DNA of 37,683 nucleotides from an uncultured archaeon (GTDB taxonomy: Archaea > Iainarchaeota > Iainarchaeia > Iainarchaeales > DTGL01), in assembly GCA_964551725.1 (NCBI GenBank), contig CAZKED010000009.1:1-37683 (forward strand), in the 5' to 3' direction. The notes under the pieces were generated by a model, which had not been told where the DNA came from, did not search any database, and saw only the letters and a program-made list of their open reading frames with translations. This document shows positions 35,519-37,683 of the stretch, one piece after another (the first letter of the stretch is position 1; every line of letters begins with the position of its first letter). A program made the position numbers and the translations under genes.

Positions 35519-36145
35519 ATGCGCATAAGGCGTTTTAAAGGGAGGAATTTCCACTCCAAGGGATTCCATATCGAAAGCGTTATGGAGCGCGAGTTAGGGG
35601 AAAGGCTCGCGGAAGAGGGCACAAGGAACTGGGTGAGGACAACAGATGCACTGTACAAAACAATGCAGCACAGCATTCTTGCACGATTTGAATTAAGTGA
35701 AGACCGCAGGGCAATGGCGGCAAACGCCCTTACAGAGGAAAGGCATTTTTTAAAAGCCGCCCGCCTGACGATGTCGGGGGAGGGAATGCAGAGAAGGGAA
35801 GCAATTGAAATGATTGAAAAAACGCTTGAATTAGCGAAAAGGCAGCGTGAAAGATGGATTCAAGAGCACGGCGAGGACAAAGCCTCAAACGGAATGCTCA
35901 TAGACATTGAATCCATTGGAAAGCTCTGTGAAAGGGAAAAGGAAAAAGACCCCGAGGGAAGGATTCTCTTCAATCCGCCGTTCAACGAGGTAATACGCAC
36001 AATGCGCAAATTCATATGGCTCGAACTCGAACAGGCGCTCGGAGTGGAAGGATTCAAATTCTACCAAGCGCAAGAAGAAAGAGGCGCCGCCCACATGCGC
36101 CAGAGACAGGAACAACTCAGAAAACTCGCGGACAAAGCAAACTAA
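35519..36145 (+). CDS. Orphan helical protein with Arg-rich N-terminus
   Basis: 208-aa ORF, MRIRRFKGR start directly after the junction element. Confidence 0.68.
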   Translation: MRIRRFKGRNFHSKGFHIESVMERELGERLAEEGTRNWVRTTDALYKTMQHSILARFELSEDRRAMAANALTEERHFLKAARLTMSGEGMQRREAIEMIEKTLELAKRQRERWIQEHGEDKASNGMLIDIESIGKLCEREKEKDPEGRILFNPPFNEVIRTMRKFIWLELEQALGVEGFKFYQAQEERGAAHMRQRQEQLRKLADKAN

Positions 36146-36215
36146 ACACGCGCACGCGCCAGCAAAAAAAACCGCAAAAACCCTTATTAATCCTTTTTCT
36201 TCATTAAATTATTCC

Positions 36216-36664
36216 ATGGACAAGCAGGAATTAGAGCGCAAGTACATTGAAGAGCGCGTTGCAGTCCTCAAAAGCCTTATGAAAAAGCACGGAAAGAGCG
36301 TGCTCGAAGAAGCTTCAAAGGCAAAGCAGGAAACAATAAAAAAGCGCATCAGGCAGCAATACAAAAACAGGCTTCCCCTGGACTTGGATGAATTCTTCAA
36401 TGAAACGTTTGAAAACTTTGAGGGAATAGGCGAATACTGCTCCTACGAAGTACTGGACAAAACGGAAAAGCACCTCAAAGTAAAAATAAACAAGTGCTTT
36501 TACGCCGAAATCTACCGTTCGCTGAATGCTGCCGACATCGGCGAAGCAATGGTGTGCAGAATGGACTACGCGCAAAATGAAGCCTTCAACCAGAAAATAA
36601 AATGCGGCGCCCCAAGAAGCTCATGCTAGGAGACGACTGCTGCATATTCGAATACGAGCTGTGA
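36216..36664 (+). pseudogene. L-2-amino-thiazoline-4-carboxylate hydrolase-like (V4R-related) gene with a frameshift near 36600
   Basis: KCFYAE...G..MVC..D; the expected tail MRRPKKLMLGDDCCIFEYEL* lies in another frame (36602-36664). Confidence 0.7.
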
Positions 36665-36742
36665 GCAAGCCAATCGAGGGGAGTGAGGGCAGAGAACTTC
36701 CAAATACCTCTCTTTAAGCATTTTTTGCACTTTTATTTGCTT

Positions 36743-37375
36743 ATGGATGTAAATGAGCAAATTGCAAAGGTTTACTTTGAGGAATTATATGGATACGTAG
36801 TAAAAACAAACCACTATTTTAAGAAGAGGGGAAAAAAGGGAGCAGGCCCAGCAGACATTGATTTGATTTTAGTGCATCCAAAAAATGGAAAATATGGAAA
36901 AAAAGCAATTTGTTCTGTTAAAGGATGGCAGTCATATAAAATAACATTAAAATCAATAAAAAACAGGCAATTGTTTGAAAAAGAATGGAAAATATCTGAC
37001 TGGCAGGAATTAGCGGCTGCTGAACGCTTCTTTGGTTCTAAGTATTTAAACAAAATATTGATTTTGCCTCCTATTGAGCGAAAGAACAAAAAAAAGGCAA
37101 TTGAATATTGCAAAAGAAAATATGGAATTGTCCTATTGGATTTTTCTGATGTTCTTTTTGAATTGATAGAATACTTATCCCAAGAGAACAGAATGTACAG
37201 GTCATTTGAAGCCGAGTCCCTGCAGACTCTTAGAATGATTTTGGTGAACTTGTTACAGATAAAAGAAAACGAACTCATTCTGCAACCAAACATCCTAGAA
37301 AACTTGCAAATTACCCGAGAAAACCACACAACAAAATTCAAGCGAAACCGACTGCACATTAATGGGAAAAAATAG
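36743..37375 (+). CDS. Hypothetical protein, PD-(D/E)XK restriction-endonuclease-like
   Basis: NEQIA...ADIDL....CSVKG pattern; visibly AT-rich. Confidence 0.55.
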   Translation: MDVNEQIAKVYFEELYGYVVKTNHYFKKRGKKGAGPADIDLILVHPKNGKYGKKAICSVKGWQSYKITLKSIKNRQLFEKEWKISDWQELAAAERFFGSKYLNKILILPPIERKNKKKAIEYCKRKYGIVLLDFSDVLFELIEYLSQENRMYRSFEAESLQTLRMILVNLLQIKENELILQPNILENLQITRENHTTKFKRNRLHINGKK

Positions 37376-37457
37376 ACCCACGTGTCCCCCCCTGGAAAGC
37401 AATGGGAAGGTAAGAGTTAAAAATTAAAGACTAAATTCGAAGATTCCTAAAAACCCC

Positions 37458-37679
37458 TCAAATTCGAACTGAGTGATTTGTGCTTTTAAGGAGTTTAAAG
37501 AACGCGAAACTCAGAATTACCCCAATCGCGATAACGCCAGCAAACTCAATTGCTGCCTTTTTTTCCTGGTAATTGCACTTTGGGCATTTTTTGTAAGAGT
37601 ATTGAATTTTTATTTCATCCATATACTGCCCACAATGGGGGCAAGGATTTGCTAAGGGCTCAAAACTTATATGGGTCAT
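37458..37679 (-). CDS. Small Zn-ribbon membrane protein (start may lie beyond the window)
   Basis: CPHC...CPKC followed by one TM helix. Confidence 0.5.
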   Translation of the reverse strand: MTHISFEPLANPCPHCGQYMDEIKIQYSYKKCPKCNYQEKKAAIEFAGVIAIGVILSFAFFKLLKSTNHSVRI

Positions 37680-37683
37680 TTTT

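Noticed and set aside
28761-36210. CRISPR array or canonical integron attC sites
   Set aside because: Repeats are mostly separated by whole genes rather than 30-40 nt spacers, there is no consistent RYYYAAC...GTTRRRY hairpin, and no cas or intI gene is present.

Overview
Archaeal chromosomal DNA: GGTGA/GGAGG RBSs, TATA promoters, EndA, an archaeal-type TrpRS and a histone. Gene content suggests a DPANN lineage such as Iainarchaeota or Micrarchaeota, but that is inference only. 1-7.7 kb holds a 14-gene Mbh-type membrane-bound [NiFe]-hydrogenase/Mrp-antiporter operon (mbhA truncated by the window edge, through mbhN). Convergent with it are hypA-hypB-hycI and a VapBC module. 10-26 kb is mostly housekeeping: a 57-aa histone missed by the ORF track, endA/trpS, a Glu/Leu/Phe/Val dehydrogenase, a Usp-like protein, tRNA-Ala(CGC), a large HerA/DUF87 ATPase, glmS-glmM-(acetyltransferase-only glmU) with a divergent regulator, and a RecB/Cas4-like nuclease. 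26.3-37.7 kb is an accessory island with five toxin-antitoxin-type modules interleaved with orphan genes. The strongest unexplained signal is a same-strand element (core ATTAAATT; full form ATTAAATT-N8-GCACTAATT-N5-7-ATG) at about 11 gene junctions between 28.7 and 36.2 kb. It sits directly in front of leaderless orphan genes with Arg/Lys-rich N-termini and brackets individual genes as direct repeats. This could be a cassette-like array, a dedicated regulon, or both. All calls come from motif reading; no database search was run.
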